Shown here one piece after another: positions 14,951 through 27,521 of a stretch of DNA of 64,000 nucleotides; position 1 is the first letter of the stretch, and each line of letters opens with the position of its first letter. Under the pieces are notes generated by a model. It was given only the letters and a program-made list of their open reading frames with translations, ran no database searches and was not told the DNA's origin. The stretch covers positions 175,956,001-176,020,000 of the forward strand of contig OZ024741.1 in assembly GCA_964016885.1 (NCBI GenBank), in the 5' to 3' direction. Position numbers and translations under genes: made by a program. Source of the stretch: Eledone cirrhosa. Its lineage: Eukaryota.

Positions 14951-15249
14951 TATACATATCTGTATAGAAGTGCTCCTTTTTGTTGAGCTGAATTTACTTC
15001 TGCCAAAATGTTAAGCAAAGTCTATCTGCCAATATCTTTAGAGAAATATCGTAATCGGACAACAAGTTTTAATAAAAGCATATGTTAAACAGCAAATACT
15101 CATTCACCAGGGCGATATGAGTACGTACCTTCTTTTATGGCCAAAAAAACCCCTAAAACAACAAACAAAACAAAACAACAAACTACATTCCCGCACACAA
15201 ATATAGTTTTAAAATTTGTAAAAGCCCTCCTCACAACGCTCTGTTGCAC

Positions 15250-15760
15250 AAATTTGAGGTGAACTTAATATGATTAAAACATTAAAATGAAAACTTTCAG
15301 GAAACAATAAATAGTTTTGTGTTCGCCGATACGACTAAGAATATTTATAGTATGGACTTTAACATATATAAATAATTTATTTATGAAGAATTAAATGCAT
15401 ATTATAAAAACATTAAGTTTAATAATTGGAATTTTTATACTGACTTTTAAATCCTCAAAATATTAGGTTTATTTCAAAATACAATAAAATTGACTTTGAT
15501 AATAACCCTTCCATACATCTTATTTGTCCCTCTATGTCTAATATTGGTAGGATTAGCAAAAGGAATTATACAGTATTATTAATTAAACTTATGAATTAAC
15601 ACTGATGAGACCATTAATTTGTTTGCCCTTCTTAAAAAGAAAAACTCATTAAATTCTTACAATTTGATATAGATTGCTATTACTTTACTATTTCTCCTAT
15701 TCTCTTAAATATAACTTTATTATAATTCGTAAACTTACAGGTTCAACTAGATTTGAAAAT
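15250..15760 (+). pseudogene. Penelope-like RT N-terminal relic
   Basis: FVFADTTKNIYSMD, HLICPSMSNIGRISK, KFLQFDIDCYYFTISP (PLE RT motif A region), frameshifted. Confidence 0.7.
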
Positions 15761-15923
15761 GACATTAACCTTGCGGTCCGAAGAACCATAATTAAATTTA
15801 ATGGCAGCCTTTGAACCAGTAAAACTGTCCACATAAAATTCATATCACTATGCGGTCCAGCAATTTAGCATCCAATATACCTAAAGTAAATGTTCATATA
15901 TTAGAATAAAACTTACCACCTAA

Positions 15924-16075
15924 CCATTGATACTATAGACCTTTAAATAAAAGTACTCTTCCATTGGTACTATAGACATTTAAATAAAAGTACTCTTTCC
16001 ATTGATACTATAGACCTTTAAGTAAAAGTACTCTTTTCATTGATACTATAGACATTTATATAAAAGCACTATTTC
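15924..16075. repeat. Tandem repeat, ~38 bp x 4
   Basis: ccattgatactatagacctttaaataaaagtactctt repeated. Confidence 0.9.
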
Positions 16076-16603
16076 TCTCCTACACCTAACTTAGCAGACT
16101 ATTGTACTTTTGGCAATAAAATATAAATCATGAATCACAGCCATGCAATAGATAACCTTGATAGCTCTCATAAGCTAAATAATCCATTTCCACTATTAAA
16201 ATTAATCCCTCACATAAGCAGGATAATATAATTAAGTTTATCTGTAGGAATCCTAATCAATGCCTTCTTAATGGACATTGCTTAAAAGTAATATTATATT
16301 TTCAGTGTTCTGTGTCTACTCATATCAACACTAGTCTCTATATCGGTGATACATCTAAAACATTTAAATTATGTTTATTCCGTCTTACACTCCTTTTAAA
16401 ATGAAAAACTGAGGAATTCCACTCCTCTCACATAAATTATGAGACGGGAAAAATGTAATATTAATTTTATGCTGCGTTGGTGTCGGCATACTAACCGGAA
16501 AATGTTCGAAACAGCTTCTGTCCAACATTCTAGATCACATTTATTAAACAGAAAATCTGAAATTTCTCAACGTGTTTAGAATTTTCTCATTCTTTCTTTT
16601 ATA

Positions 16604-16880
16604 AGGCATGTGGTCAAGCCCGTGGCAGTGGAAAATTCTTGTATCCTTGGCTCTAGGGCCACCTCCCTGCCCATCACCGTCGGCACAGAGTTGGCTACAC
16701 GCACGTGTGAACCTCGCGAGCTGGAATAGCTCTTGCAGCGCATCTTCCTGAACACACCCCACCGGGGTGGCCGGGCGGCCAGTGCGTGGGCCCACATTTG
16801 CTCATAATAGTGAGAGATGGGGAGAGCTAGAGAGATGGAGGCAGTGACAGTGACTTTGGATCTTTTGTGTTCGTGCCTAG
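16604..16880 (+). pseudogene. CRE-clade RLE retrotransposon 3' fragment
   Basis: VKPVAVENSCILGSRATSLPITVGTELATRTCEPRELE*LLQRIFL..HRGGRAAS resembles the CRE C-terminus (FVPIAVET.G..G...LFQRLS..QRGNAAS); followed by (TA)n. Confidence 0.65.
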
Positions 16881-17461
16881 TGTATATATATATATATATA
16901 TGTTTCATGGACATACACTCACGCATCTAGATTGAGGTCAGATAATTTCCCAGCGAAAACACCAGCAAACTACAACAGATATTTTAAAGATGTTATGGCA
17001 TAACATAGTCCGATATCAATCAGTAGGGGTTAGCTAATCTCTTACATCTGGACTATTTATTTATTACATATTGGTGTACTTCTACCTATGAGCGTTGTTA
17101 GTTAACTCCTATCTGTTTCTAATATTTCTAAATGCATATTTGACAATGTGGTGTTTATTTATACGTATGGTAATTTATGCTCCTTTTAATGTCGTAGTTA
17201 AGTTTAGCTGTTATTTTACCCCAGCAACCTCAAATGCCTGTTGGTTTATATTTCCATGGGCCATTTACTACACATTACACAAAACATTTCTTACAATGAA
17301 TATTCATACGTTATCTAAAAGAATTATAGGGATTGCCTTGTCTTAAACAGTCTTTTTAAAAATAAGTGGATTTTATTCCATTTTATATTGTGCTTTATGC
17401 TTTAATTTAAATTTATATTTTTATTCACCGGACTAAGGGACTCTTTAACATTTACCTTTAT

Positions 17462-17553
17462 TATTCCTGATGAGGCGATGAGTGAAATAATTGATTAATC
17501 GAAATTATCGATTATGGATTGCATCTCCTCATAACCAAAACGTGCTTAGAATA
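17462..17553 (+). ncRNA. Degenerate hammerhead (GAAA changed to AAAA)
   Basis: tattc CTGATGA gg...cc AAAA cgtgc TTA gaata; stem I intact, core mutated. Confidence 0.45.
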
Positions 17554-17770
17554 TAAAAAGATGTTTTAAATCCCCAAAAGCCTTTGGGTTTCCCTTAAAT
17601 ACATGTTAATGCTCTGTGATACTGATTATGTTGCAATCTTTCGGATCTCACATCCTTGACCTTACCTTAGTTTTATTTGATCTGAATGATTAATAATCAT
17701 AACAAAACCTTAAGCTTCCTAGTATGTTGTTTAGTCGACACTAACTGGATCTCTCTCTCTCTCTCTGCCT

Positions 17771-17873
<103 letters not shown>

Positions 17874-18049
17874 TTATAATAGAATATAAAAGAAAAACGA
17901 ACACGCACATATACATATATGTGTTCACATCGTAAGGGATCGGATTCGCTAAGGTGAAAAGAATACAAACTATAGACAATTGGGTTTGCTTGTCTCAATT
18001 TAAAAAAAAAAAAATAAATAAATACAAACCGGACTTGTGGTAACTACCA

Positions 18050-18124
18050 ATCACCCAGACAACTTGTTGTTTCGCAATGTTAATTGTGAATAGAATTACC
18101 AATTCACGCTCATCAGTGTTTGAT
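18050..18124 (-). ncRNA. Type I hammerhead (inverted-arm copy)
   Basis: atcaaaca CTGATGA gc..gc GAAA caac aa gttg TC tgggtgat. Confidence 0.75.
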
Positions 18125-18640
18125 GAATTAGTATCCTAGACACTTCTAAGTATATTAAGAACTGAATAGTGTGCTATATATAAAATAGCGCACATGGTGT
18201 CCTAGCTTGTCTCACAAACTTACACCACTAAAAATAGCAGCCAGGTTTATTCGACATTTGAAATAGCTCACCAAATTAACGGAGCCGAATATATCATTCT
18301 TATCACCTTACCGAATCCGGTCCCTCACGATTTGAACACATATATGTATATGTCTGTGTTCGTTTTTCTTTTATATTCTATTATAATATACGGCTCGGAA
18401 ATATCTCTTTCTTAGAGTTATTTTGTTGTAAGAAACTATTTTGAGTTCCTAACTCAATATATACCTTTGATATATTCGGCTCCGTTAATTTGTTGAGCTA
18501 TTGCAAATGTCGAATAAACCTGGCTGCTATTTTTAGTGGTGTATGTTTGTGAGACACGCTAGGACACCATGTGCGCTATTTTATATATAGCACACTATTC
18601 AGTTTCTTAATATACTTAGAAGTGTCTAGGATACTAATTC

Positions 18641-18718
18641 ATCACCCACTGATGAGCTTGAATCGGTAATTCTATTCACAATTAACATTGCGAAACAACA
18701 ACAAGTTGTCTGGGTGAT
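18641..18718 (+). ncRNA. Canonical type I hammerhead ribozyme
   Basis: atcaccca CTGATGA gc..gc GAAA caac aacaa gttg TC tgggtgat: perfect 8-bp stem I, 5-bp stem III, GUC. Confidence 0.88.
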
Positions 18719-18961
18719 TGGTAGTTACCACAATTCTGGTTTGTATTTATTTTCTTAAATTTTTCTTAAATTGAGACAAGAAAACCCAATTGTCTATAGT
18801 TAGTATTCTTTTCACCTTAGCGAATCAGGTCCGTTACGATTTGGACACATATATCTATATATCTGTGTTCGTTTTTCTTTTATATTCTATTATAATATAC
18901 GGCTCGGAAATATCTCTTTCTTAGAGCTATTTTGTTGTAAGAGACTAAAAGATTGTAACCA

Positions 18962-19043
<82 letters not shown>

Positions 19044-19054
19044 TTTGTCTTTTG

Positions 19055-19350
19055 ACCACCTTCGGTCACGCATGCCATGGGATTTGCACCTAGAAAGTTT
19101 CCCTCCGAGGCACAAGTTCGGGCAAGGTTGTTTGTGGAAGACCAGTAGTCGCCCATGCCCTCCACGCCATCGATGATGTCCAAGGGAAAGGCTATGGCCG
19201 ATACAGCTCGAGACCAGTGATATCGCAACTCATTTCTACAGCAGAGTAAACTGGAGCAACGTGAAATAAAGTGTCTTGCTCAAGGACACAAGCATCACCC
19301 GGTCCGAGAATCGAACTCACACCCTTTCAATTGCAAGTCCAATGCTCTAA
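19055..19350 (-). mobile_element. tRNA-SINE family B
   Basis: Reverse strand: gagttcgattctcggaccgggt..gtgtccttgagcaagacactttatttcacgttgctccagtttactc. Confidence 0.8.
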
Positions 19351-19399
19351 ATAGGATTTCATATTTAGTCTCTTTAATCCTTTCCTACCTTGTCTGTGT

Positions 19400-20340
19400 T
19401 TGGGTCTTTCATATCATTGATGAAATATAGTTGTAAATATGTTGGTTCTTCTTCTGAAAGTGGCTGAAGTAGTCCAATTCTATGGGATACATACCATAGC
19501 ATCTTGAACGTGGGTATAAAGCCACCTTTATGGATATTTGCAGCAAATTACGTCATTTGGAATGCATTATTGTATTTTTGGATTTTGGATTATTTTTGGA
19601 TTGGCAGTATCGGTAGAGGGTCGGACGTCATGCTTTGAAGAAATGAGTTACGGCTCTTTATGATCTGAATTCAAATCCCTCCGAGGTTAACTTTGCCTTT
19701 CAACCTTATGAGGTCGATAAAATAAAGTACCAGTAATACACTGGGATAATTGCTGGCCTTGTGCCAAAAATAGAAACAATTATTGTATTTTTGAATATTT
19801 TGAAGAAAGTATCTTAACTCAGTAGTTGTAGCAATCAAGGGTTCTGGTGATTCAGGTAATAGTTTAAACTTAATTTTTCCATTTAAACAGCACATTGTTT
19901 AGTACCTCAATTTGGACAAATTTTGTTCATTGAGTTCGTTGATTTAAAGGTTCTGAAGCATAGTTATGATGTGAAATGTAACTAAAAGCAATATTTTAAA
20001 ATTATAAATCGTCTGTTCTTGCTCTCTGTTCACATAACCTTTGAGTTGTTTGGAGTTTTATTTCTCTTCATTTTCTACTTTAATCATTTGCAATCTTAAT
20101 GACTTTTGTACATCTGATCCCTCTTGACGAGTAGCTGCTTTCATTGTGCTATCTTTAGCAAGTCTTTTGATCTCTGTTCGTCTCATTCATCCAGTCTATT
20201 TTGTGCACTTCGTATTCTTTGTTGTTAAAGCCTTGATAATCTTTGTGCATCTGATTCATCCTATCTGTTTTGTACTGCAATTTCGTACGTCTCATTTCTC
20301 TTGACTCTGTTGCATTTTCAGCATGTTATCTTAATACCGT
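19400..20340 (-). pseudogene. Helitron RepHel N-terminal relic
   Basis: MCCLNGKIKFKLLPESPEPL..FLQNIQKYN|NAFQMT*FAA..GFIPTFK..HRIGLLQP..EEPTYLQLYF; split by a SINE. Confidence 0.8.
19590..19779 (+). mobile_element. tRNA-SINE family A with target-site duplication
   Basis: Family A sequence flanked by attattgtatttttg duplicates (~19566 and ~19779). Confidence 0.85.
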
Positions 20341-20490
20341 GCTGTTCAAAATAAAACATGTCTTACGAAAATCGACCAATGATTAATAAAAATTATTAAT
20401 TTTATACGGGGTGTATGTATGTATGTATGTATGTATGTATGTATGTATGTATGTATGTATGTATGTATGTATGTATGTATGTATGTATGT

Positions 20491-21969
20491 TCTTCTGGTT
20501 TTATAATTTCACAAATGTTTGCCAATAGAGAGAGAGAGTCGGTTTCTAACATAGTTACAAAACTCTCTCATTGGAATTTACACAACATCAACTAGGTAGA
20601 TTATCTATGCATGCATGTGTAGATATGGATGTTATTGTATGTGTGGATGTGTGTGTTTTGAGTTGTATGTATGCATGTGCGTACGCTTTATATCTGTACA
20701 TATGTATATGCAGTTATTAGATCCAAATTGTTTGGAATGTTTTACATATTTTTACTGTTCCATTAATGGATGTACTTGTAATTTCCTAAATAGTTGTGTT
20801 CTTTCTGTTTCTGTGAGGCTCAGCTTCTCAAGATTTGTATTGAGGCAGTTACTAACATATCCCAGTGCGCCAATAATCACAGGCATAAATTTGAAGGTAT
20901 AGTCAGAGTGGAGTATCTGCAGATTTCTCATTAGTTCTGCATAAATATTCTCCTTTTCACTAATCTTTGATATTATATTGGCATCTGCTGGGCAGCTAAC
21001 TTCCTCTACTGTGCATGCCTTCTTTTGCCTGTCCCATATCATTATATCTGGTCTGTTATGCCTGCATTTATTGAGGTTTTTACTGGAAAATTCCACCAGT
21101 ACGCTTTCATATTATGTATATGTATGTCTACCACACAGCTGTAGATTTTATTGTGTTTATTATCGGAACAATCTTTTCTACGGATTGCATTGTACATTGT
21201 TTTGGCCACTACATCATGCCTCATAGGTAGATAGTACCGCGATGACATCTTTGGACAGCTGCTTATGGCATGGGTGATATCCTCGATGTTAATTCTGCAG
21301 AGTCTGCACTTGTCACATCTAGGTGTTTTTCCTGCATCCCTATCTCCTTTGTGATTCAGGTATTTCGTGTTGATTTCCTGTTCTTGGATTGCAAAAGCGT
21401 ATCCTTCAAAGTGGGAGCCAATAAAGCGGTTGTTTGTCCAAGATAGACTACTTTATTTGTCTATATTACCTTCACTCTGGAGCTTCCTGGCAACATATCC
21501 ATGCATGATTTTTTGCTGATAAGCATGCAGTTTTTCATCCATGGATTCACTGCGGTAGTGCTGAGCGACTTCCCTGGGTGTGAGTTTTTGATTATCACAC
21601 AGAGTTCCTTCCCAACTCTCATGATCTTATCTGTAGATTGACTTTCTCAAGAGACGGCCTCCTACGCTTCGAGGTTCGTAGATGTCGGAGGAATAGGATG
21701 CGACATTCAAATGCTTTCCGGACTGATGTTAGGCCTCTGTCTCCCTGCTTACGTTTCAGGTAAAGGCGGTCTATGTCACTGTTGATGTGGAAGTTTCCGC
21801 TGTTGTTTAGTACTTTTCGAGTTCTAACATCAATTGCTCAGATTTCGTCATTCGACTAATTGAGTATTCCAAACGTTTGTGTAAGGACAAGCACAGCAAA
21901 CACATTGTGAGCCACTACTTTATTGTGTGCAGAGAGTTCCGATGACCATATTTTTCTTAATCGGGTGTA

Positions 21970-21970
<1 letters not shown>
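20491..21970 (-). mobile_element. R4/Dong-type RLE retrotransposon family B, 5'-truncated and degenerate
   Basis: KIWSSELSAHNK, MSSRYYLPMRHD, HNRPDIMIWD..EEVSCP; (TATG)n on both sides. Confidence 0.9.
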
Positions 21971-22000
<30 letters not shown>

Positions 22001-22099
22001 TGTATGTATGTATGTATGTTTTCTCTTTCTCTTAATTTCGAGTATATTTTTTTGACCGGCCACCTTCCTGGTGGCAAGGTTGTAAAAGGAAAGAAATTG

Positions 22100-22588
22100 T
22101 CATCCCTTGAATCGCAAGAATGTTTTGCAAATTTTGAAGGTGCCAGCTATCGCAGCCATTTGTAGACCATGAATTAGGGAGCTGCGCTTTTTGTCCGCAA
22201 ATCCAAGTTCGGTCATACTTTGGTCCAAGCGGGTTGGTATATAACCCGTAGCACCAATAATGATGGGCACGAAGCTAAAGGCGTATCTTGGATACTGGAT
22301 TTGTAAGCTCCTCATCAATGGTCCGTAGATGTCCTCCTTCTCCTGTATTTTTCTGACAACGTTTACATCAAGTGGGCAGCTGATCTCCACAACAGAACAC
22401 GTTTTCAATGTGTGGTCCCAAACTACAACATCAGGCCGGCCGTGCTTCAATTTGGTGGCAGCCTTTATCTCCAGGCTCCACCAGCATTCCCCAGTGCCAT
22501 CTGTCTCAATATATTCCTCCTCGTTTGCTGTTAATTTTGTTTTCCGAAGTGCGTTCCAGATAGCTCTAGCTATCCCATCGTGTCTCAT
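22100..22588 (-). CDS. Restriction-like endonuclease (RLE) domain, frameshifted continuation of 22585-25608
   Basis: RHD..HGRPDVVVWD..VVEISCP..KEDIY; the related family B copy reads RYYLPMRHD without a break. Confidence 0.92.
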   Translation of the reverse strand: MRHDGIARAIWNALRKTKLTANEEEYIETDGTGECWWSLEIKAATKLKHGRPDVVVWDHTLKTCSVVEISCPLDVNVVRKIQEKEDIYGPLMRSLQIQYPRYAFSFVPIIIGATGYIPTRLDQSMTELGFADKKRSSLIHGLQMAAIAGTFKICKTFLRFKG

Positions 22589-25500
22589 GGGAGGTAGTAG
22601 CGAGATGACATTCTTTCGCAGCTGGCAACAATGTGGCTTACATCCTCGATCTTTGTTTCACATAGCCTACATTTATTGTCAGCTTGCTGCCCTCCTCTTT
22701 TGTGCAGCAGATATTTGGTAGGGGGTTCTTGTTCCTGTATTGCATAGAGATATCCCTCAAGGTATGATGTCATAAACTTGTCGGAACTCCATGCCAGGCT
22801 TTCCGAGTGGTTTATCCCCTCCATGGTCTGTGTTTTACGCCTCAAGTATCCATGCACAACTTTCTCTGTAAATTGGTCAATTTTTTTTTCTTGTTTGAAC
22901 ATTGAATAGGATCCTCCGATTTCTCTGGGTGAGAGATTTATATCAGGCTTCATTCCATATCTCTCCTCCAGATCAGTCGCCACCCCAATGATATTTCTTC
23001 CTTCATGCTCATAAACCTGAGCAAGATGGTCGCCAACCTTTTTCCTCTGTTGAAGGTGCCGCTTCAGTGTTACTATCCGGGTCTCATATGTTGTTAATAT
23101 TGATTTTAGACCCCAGCCACCTTCCTTGCGTGAGAAGTATAGCCCATCCACATCACCATTGATGTTAAAGTTCCCAGTAACACCGAGAAGTTTTCGAGTT
23201 CCAACATCCATCTCACTTAGTTCTTGCAATGACCAGTTCAGTAGGCCAAATGTTGGCGTTAGAATTGGCACAGCATAGGTATTGTGGGCAATGTATTTGT
23301 TGTATGCTGACAGTTCTGATGACCATATTTTTTTTACTCTTCTGAGGTATTCAGTTCTGGTTCTCTCCTTATTTATGGGTCCATCATATCTGACATTCTC
23401 ATCCTGTCCAAGATATCTGTAGTTGTCACCCGACTGCAGAGGCCGCACTGTCAGGCCGTTCATATCCAGACCTCCAGAGGAGGGCACAGCTCCTCCACGC
23501 CCCACTGCCAAATATGCACACTTGGACTCACCAAATTTCATTTTGATGTCGGTCGAAAATTGTGCAACGAGGTCCAACCGTTTCTTGATGCCATTGACAC
23601 TTGGCCCATACAACTTCAGGTCATCAACAAAGAAAAGATGGGAGATACTTCTGGGCCCACTTCTTTGTCCACCTTGTTTCCTGAGTAGGTAAGATAGTGG
23701 ATTCAGTGAGAGAACGAAGAGTAGTACCGACAAGCTATCACCCTGAAAGATGCCCTTCTGGTAATGTATCCCATCAGTCTTAACCTGCTCCCTCTCACCT
23801 CTAAGGATCAAATTGGTGTACCAGTTCTTGGTCAGGCGTTCAACAGCAGCTACTAATGGTTGTGGGACTTTAGCTAACTGTAAAGCCTTAATAATCCACC
23901 CATGAGGTACACTATCAAATGCTTTTTGATAGTCCAGCCACACGACAGTCATGTTTCTGCGATTCTTTGTTGTTTTTTCCTGAATCATTTTGTTAGTTAG
24001 TAGGTGATCTATGCAACCCCACACCTCCCTCTTTCCACCAGCTTGCTCAGGTGTTATGATGTTGTTGGTAGCACAGTGATCCTGTAAGAACAGGTTAAGG
24101 CACCCAGTATATAATTTATACATGATGTTTTGGCAGGCAATTGGGCGGTAATTTTTAGCAAGGGTGGTTTGGCTATTTTGGGGAATGAGGAGAGTAGTGG
24201 CAGTTGATAACCATCTGGGCAGTTCTTGTGTGCCCTTAATGGTTTCTGTAAACAGCCGTATGAGATCTTGCCGATATAAAGTGAAATTCTTCAACCAGTA
24301 TCCTGTAATGAGGTCTGGGCCTGGCGATTTCCTATTCGACATTTTCTGTAGAGCTGTTTCCAGTATTGACCCATCTATGTCATATTGTTTTGTCTGGACA
24401 TGTTGGCAGTAGTCCTGTTCCAGTTGTTTTAGCCAACTAGCTTGTCTGTTGAATCCGTCATCCGTTTCCCATACAGATCTCCAGTAGTTCTCAACCTGTT
24501 CTTTTGAAGGGGTGTCGTTTACAGGGATTGAGATTTTGCCACCGAAGCTGCGATAAACTGATTTAGGATCTCTGGCAAACAATCTATTTAGCACTTGTCG
24601 TTTATGGGCTGTTGACTTATATTTTAGTCTTTCTGTTGTAGCTGTGAGTTGTTGTTTCAACTGGTGTAATTTGGAGTTCAAAGTTTTAAATTTGGTATCT
24701 CCAAATCGTCTCTCTAACTTTTTCTTTAGGTCTTCCTGGTGTCGTGTGAAGTTTCTCTCTATGTTGCATTTCATAACGACTGCGATGTGTGAGATACTTC
24801 GTCTCAGGGACAAAATTTTGGTTTTTAAATTTCGCATCCACGCTGGTTCAGGCTTTCTGTTTGTATCTTGATTGCGTGGTTTTAGATGTGTGTTATATGA
24901 TAGCAATGTGACAGCTGAAACATATAACAAAACATTGAGCGTTTCAAATGTCGTTTCTACACCTTTAGATCGTATAGCCTTCAGATAATTGCCAGCTATT
25001 TCGTTCACTGCTTCCAATTCCAATTTAGTGGGTTCTTTACTGACTCTAGTGTTGTATGGTCTGTCACTCACATTAAGGCTGTGTATCTCTTGAAACATAT
25101 CGTTCCATATCACTTGTAGGGTGCCCACAAGTTTTTGGTGCTCTGTTTGTTCAGTAGAGTCATGAATTGCAGCCTCGTTGTTGATGTGGTGACAATTACT
25201 ACTAGAGTCAGCTGACCTTTCTCGCTGTTCTTCAGTGGAAGTGGGATGGATTTCAGCAAAATTGTTGGTGAGCTGTTCACTGTTAGATTCAGCTGGCCAT
25301 TCTCTTTGTCTGTCAGTGGAGGTGGGGTGGTTGTCTACAAGGGCTGTATTTGTAGTATCACTCGATTCCGTTAGATGTATCAATTTACATCTAATGATAC
25401 GTTTTGCCTGTTCATTTAGATGCTTTGGAGAAAAGTCTAATTCTGGGTGTTTGGAGTTCCATAAAGTTTTTAGCCTTTGCATAAAACCGAACTTTTGAGG

Positions 25501-25608
25501 TTCAGATTGTTTGTATGCTTCATATAATTCTTTGTTAAGCTCGCAGCTCCACTGTATACAACGGTTGTAATTGCGATTTGGTCGAAGGAGACTTGTACTT
25601 TTTGCCAT
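22585..25608 (-). CDS. Non-LTR retrotransposon protein: N-terminal Myb-like region, RT, CCHC knuckle
   Basis: KSPGPDLI, NYRPIAC, WLDYQKAFDSVPH, GIFQGDSLS, LFFVDDLKLY, YRYLG, CRLC..EDVSHIVASC. Confidence 0.95.
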   Translation of the reverse strand: MAKSTSLLRPNRNYNRCIQWSCELNKELYEAYKQSEPQKFGFMQRLKTLWNSKHPELDFSPKHLNEQAKRIIRCKLIHLTESSDTTNTALVDNHPTSTDRQREWPAESNSEQLTNNFAEIHPTSTEEQRERSADSSSNCHHINNEAAIHDSTEQTEHQKLVGTLQVIWNDMFQEIHSLNVSDRPYNTRVSKEPTKLELEAVNEIAGNYLKAIRSKGVETTFETLNVLLYVSAVTLLSYNTHLKPRNQDTNRKPEPAWMRNLKTKILSLRRSISHIAVVMKCNIERNFTRHQEDLKKKLERRFGDTKFKTLNSKLHQLKQQLTATTERLKYKSTAHKRQVLNRLFARDPKSVYRSFGGKISIPVNDTPSKEQVENYWRSVWETDDGFNRQASWLKQLEQDYCQHVQTKQYDIDGSILETALQKMSNRKSPGPDLITGYWLKNFTLYRQDLIRLFTETIKGTQELPRWLSTATTLLIPQNSQTTLAKNYRPIACQNIMYKLYTGCLNLFLQDHCATNNIITPEQAGGKREVWGCIDHLLTNKMIQEKTTKNRRNMTVVWLDYQKAFDSVPHGWIIKALQLAKVPQPLVAAVERLTKNWYTNLILRGEREQVKTDGIHYQKGIFQGDSLSVLLFVLSLNPLSYLLRKQGGQRSGPRSISHLFFVDDLKLYGPSVNGIKKRLDLVAQFSTDIKMKFGESKCAYLAVGRGGAVPSSGGLDMNGLTVRPLQSGDNYRYLGQDENVRYDGPINKERTRTEYLRRVKKIWSSELSAYNKYIAHNTYAVPILTPTFGLLNWSLQELSEMDVGTRKLLGVTGNFNINGDVDGLYFSRKEGGWGLKSILTTYETRIVTLKRHLQQRKKVGDHLAQVYEHEGRNIIGVATDLEERYGMKPDINLSPREIGGSYSMFKQEKKIDQFTEKVVHGYLRRKTQTMEGINHSESLAWSSDKFMTSYLEGYLYAIQEQEPPTKYLLHKRGGQQADNKCRLCETKIEDVSHIVASCERMSSRYYLP

Positions 25609-26249
25609 GATGAGTTCGTCTATTCACTAATATTTTGTATTTATTTTTTTTAAATAGTCGATGATCTTCTTTAAAAGTTACGACAAAGTTCTGTCAGAAT
25701 CAAATTTAAAGTTATTCACAGCTTGGGTAATATTTCTCTTCAGTTAGTTTTTAATTCTACAACTGTGTTTTAAACGTTGTTCTTGAATCGTTTGAATCGA
25801 GAACAAAAAGAACCGTTACTTAGTATATTCCTTTACGAATGCAACATAATATAACAACGCTGTATTTATATGTTAAAGTTTATGTATCATTCATATAAAT
25901 AGGTGTTCTACAACATATTCACAACATTCACAGTTCAAACACTTATATTTTTGTTTCTGAATCGAAAACGTTACTTCTATATTTCTTTATAAATGCAATA
26001 TAACAACGTTGCATTTATATGTTAAAGTATATGTATCGTTCATATATCATAAGTGTATGTATCGTTCATATAAATAGGTGTTTTACAACACACTTACAGT
26101 TCAAACACTTATGTAGAATTATTGTATGTAATCTTACCGCGTAATGTAGCTCAACTTTTTCCAATATATGGTATGTTGCCTTCATGTAAGCCGTAATTAC
26201 ACACGTCCGATTATCGGACACTGACCACAACGGTCGCCATATGTACGCC

Positions 26250-26280
<31 letters not shown>

Positions 26281-26322
26281 TGTATGTATGTATGTATGTA
26301 TGTATGTATGTATGTATGTATG

Positions 26323-26842
26323 TCAGGTCGCTCTCGAGTGCTACTGGTAACATGTAACCCAGGACAACCTATCTCATGGTCGATGCGTCGGCGACTAAAC
26401 GGTAACCCCACCAAGATAGCTTGGTGAAGAGGGTGTTATTTGGACACACTGCTGGAGTAAATACAAGACCCGACAAAAGGCGGAGGAACTCAGCAGAGTC
26501 AACGGCCATCCAAATAGTAGTTTTTTTGTTTTTTGTATTTTTTTACCTGGTAGTAAAAGGCTCCGAACACGTTTCTAGGAGAGGGAAACTCTGAAAAAAA
26601 ACCCTGCGTTTCGGAATCATCCGATGATGTTGACTAATTCTCCTTTTCAGGTAGTGTTTTCGATGCCCAGAGAGTGAGATTGGTCGAGTGCAAGGCCTTT
26701 CCCCATTTAAAAGAACTTCAAATGACAAGTATTGCATTTTTAGGATATGTTACAAGTTCGTTTGGCTGGCGGCAACCTAAATGTACACCAAACTCTATAA
26801 TCTGACAAGCGATTGCAATACTCTTAGCAGTTTGTAGCCATC
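26323..26842 (+). mobile_element. Non-autonomous RTE-derived element, type 2
   Basis: 5' homologous to type 1 (tgctactggtaacatgta..ggcgactaaac; ctaggagagggaaactctga); relative at 44625-45118; (TATG)n flanks. Confidence 0.75.
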
Positions 26843-26918
26843 ATGTATGTATGCATGTATGTATGTATGTATGTATGTATGTATGTATGTATGTATGTAT
26901 GTATGTATGTATGTATGT

Positions 26919-27402
26919 TTTCTCTTTCTCTTAATTTCGAGTATATTTTTTTTGACCGGCCACCTTCCTGGTGGCAAGGTTGTAAAAGAAAAGAAATTGT
27001 CATCCCTTGAATCGCAAGAATGTTTTGCAAATTTTGAAGGTGCCAGCTATCGCAGCCATTTGTAGACTATGAATTAGGGAACTGCGCTTTTTGTCCGCAA
27101 ATCCAAGTTCAGTCATACTTTGGTCTAAGCGGGTTGGTATATAACCCGTAGCACCAATAATGATGGGTATGAAGCTAAAGGTGTATCTTGGATACTGGAT
27201 TTGTAAACTCCTCATCAATCGTCCGTAGATGTCCTCCTTCTCCTGTATTTTTCTGACAACGTTTACATCAAGTGGGCAGCTGATCTCCACAACAGAACAC
27301 GGTTTCAATGTGTGGTCCCAAACTACAATATCAGGCCGGTTGTGCTTTAATTTGGTGGCAGTTTTTATTTTCAGGTTCCACCAGTATTCCTTAGTGCCAT
27401 TT
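26919..27402 (-). mobile_element. R4/Dong family A, 5'-truncated copy
   Basis: Highly similar to 22019-22500 with the same 3' end; (TATG)n on both sides. Confidence 0.92.
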
Positions 27403-27521
27403 GTATGTATGTATGTATGTATGTATGTATGTATGTATGTATGTATGTATGTATGTATGTATGTATGTATGTATGTGTGTATGTATGTATGTATGTATGT
27501 ATGTATGTATGTATGTATGTA

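Larger units (their letters stand above)
22019..26251 (-). mobile_element. Apparently full-length R4/Dong-type retrotransposon family A
   Basis: ~640 nt 5' UTR, single ORF with one frameshift, ~80 nt 3' UTR; (TATG)n on both sides. Confidence 0.92.

Noticed and set aside
15924-16075. Regular ~38-bp repeats resembling a CRISPR array
   Set aside because: Head-to-tail tandem with no unique spacers, in a eukaryotic context.
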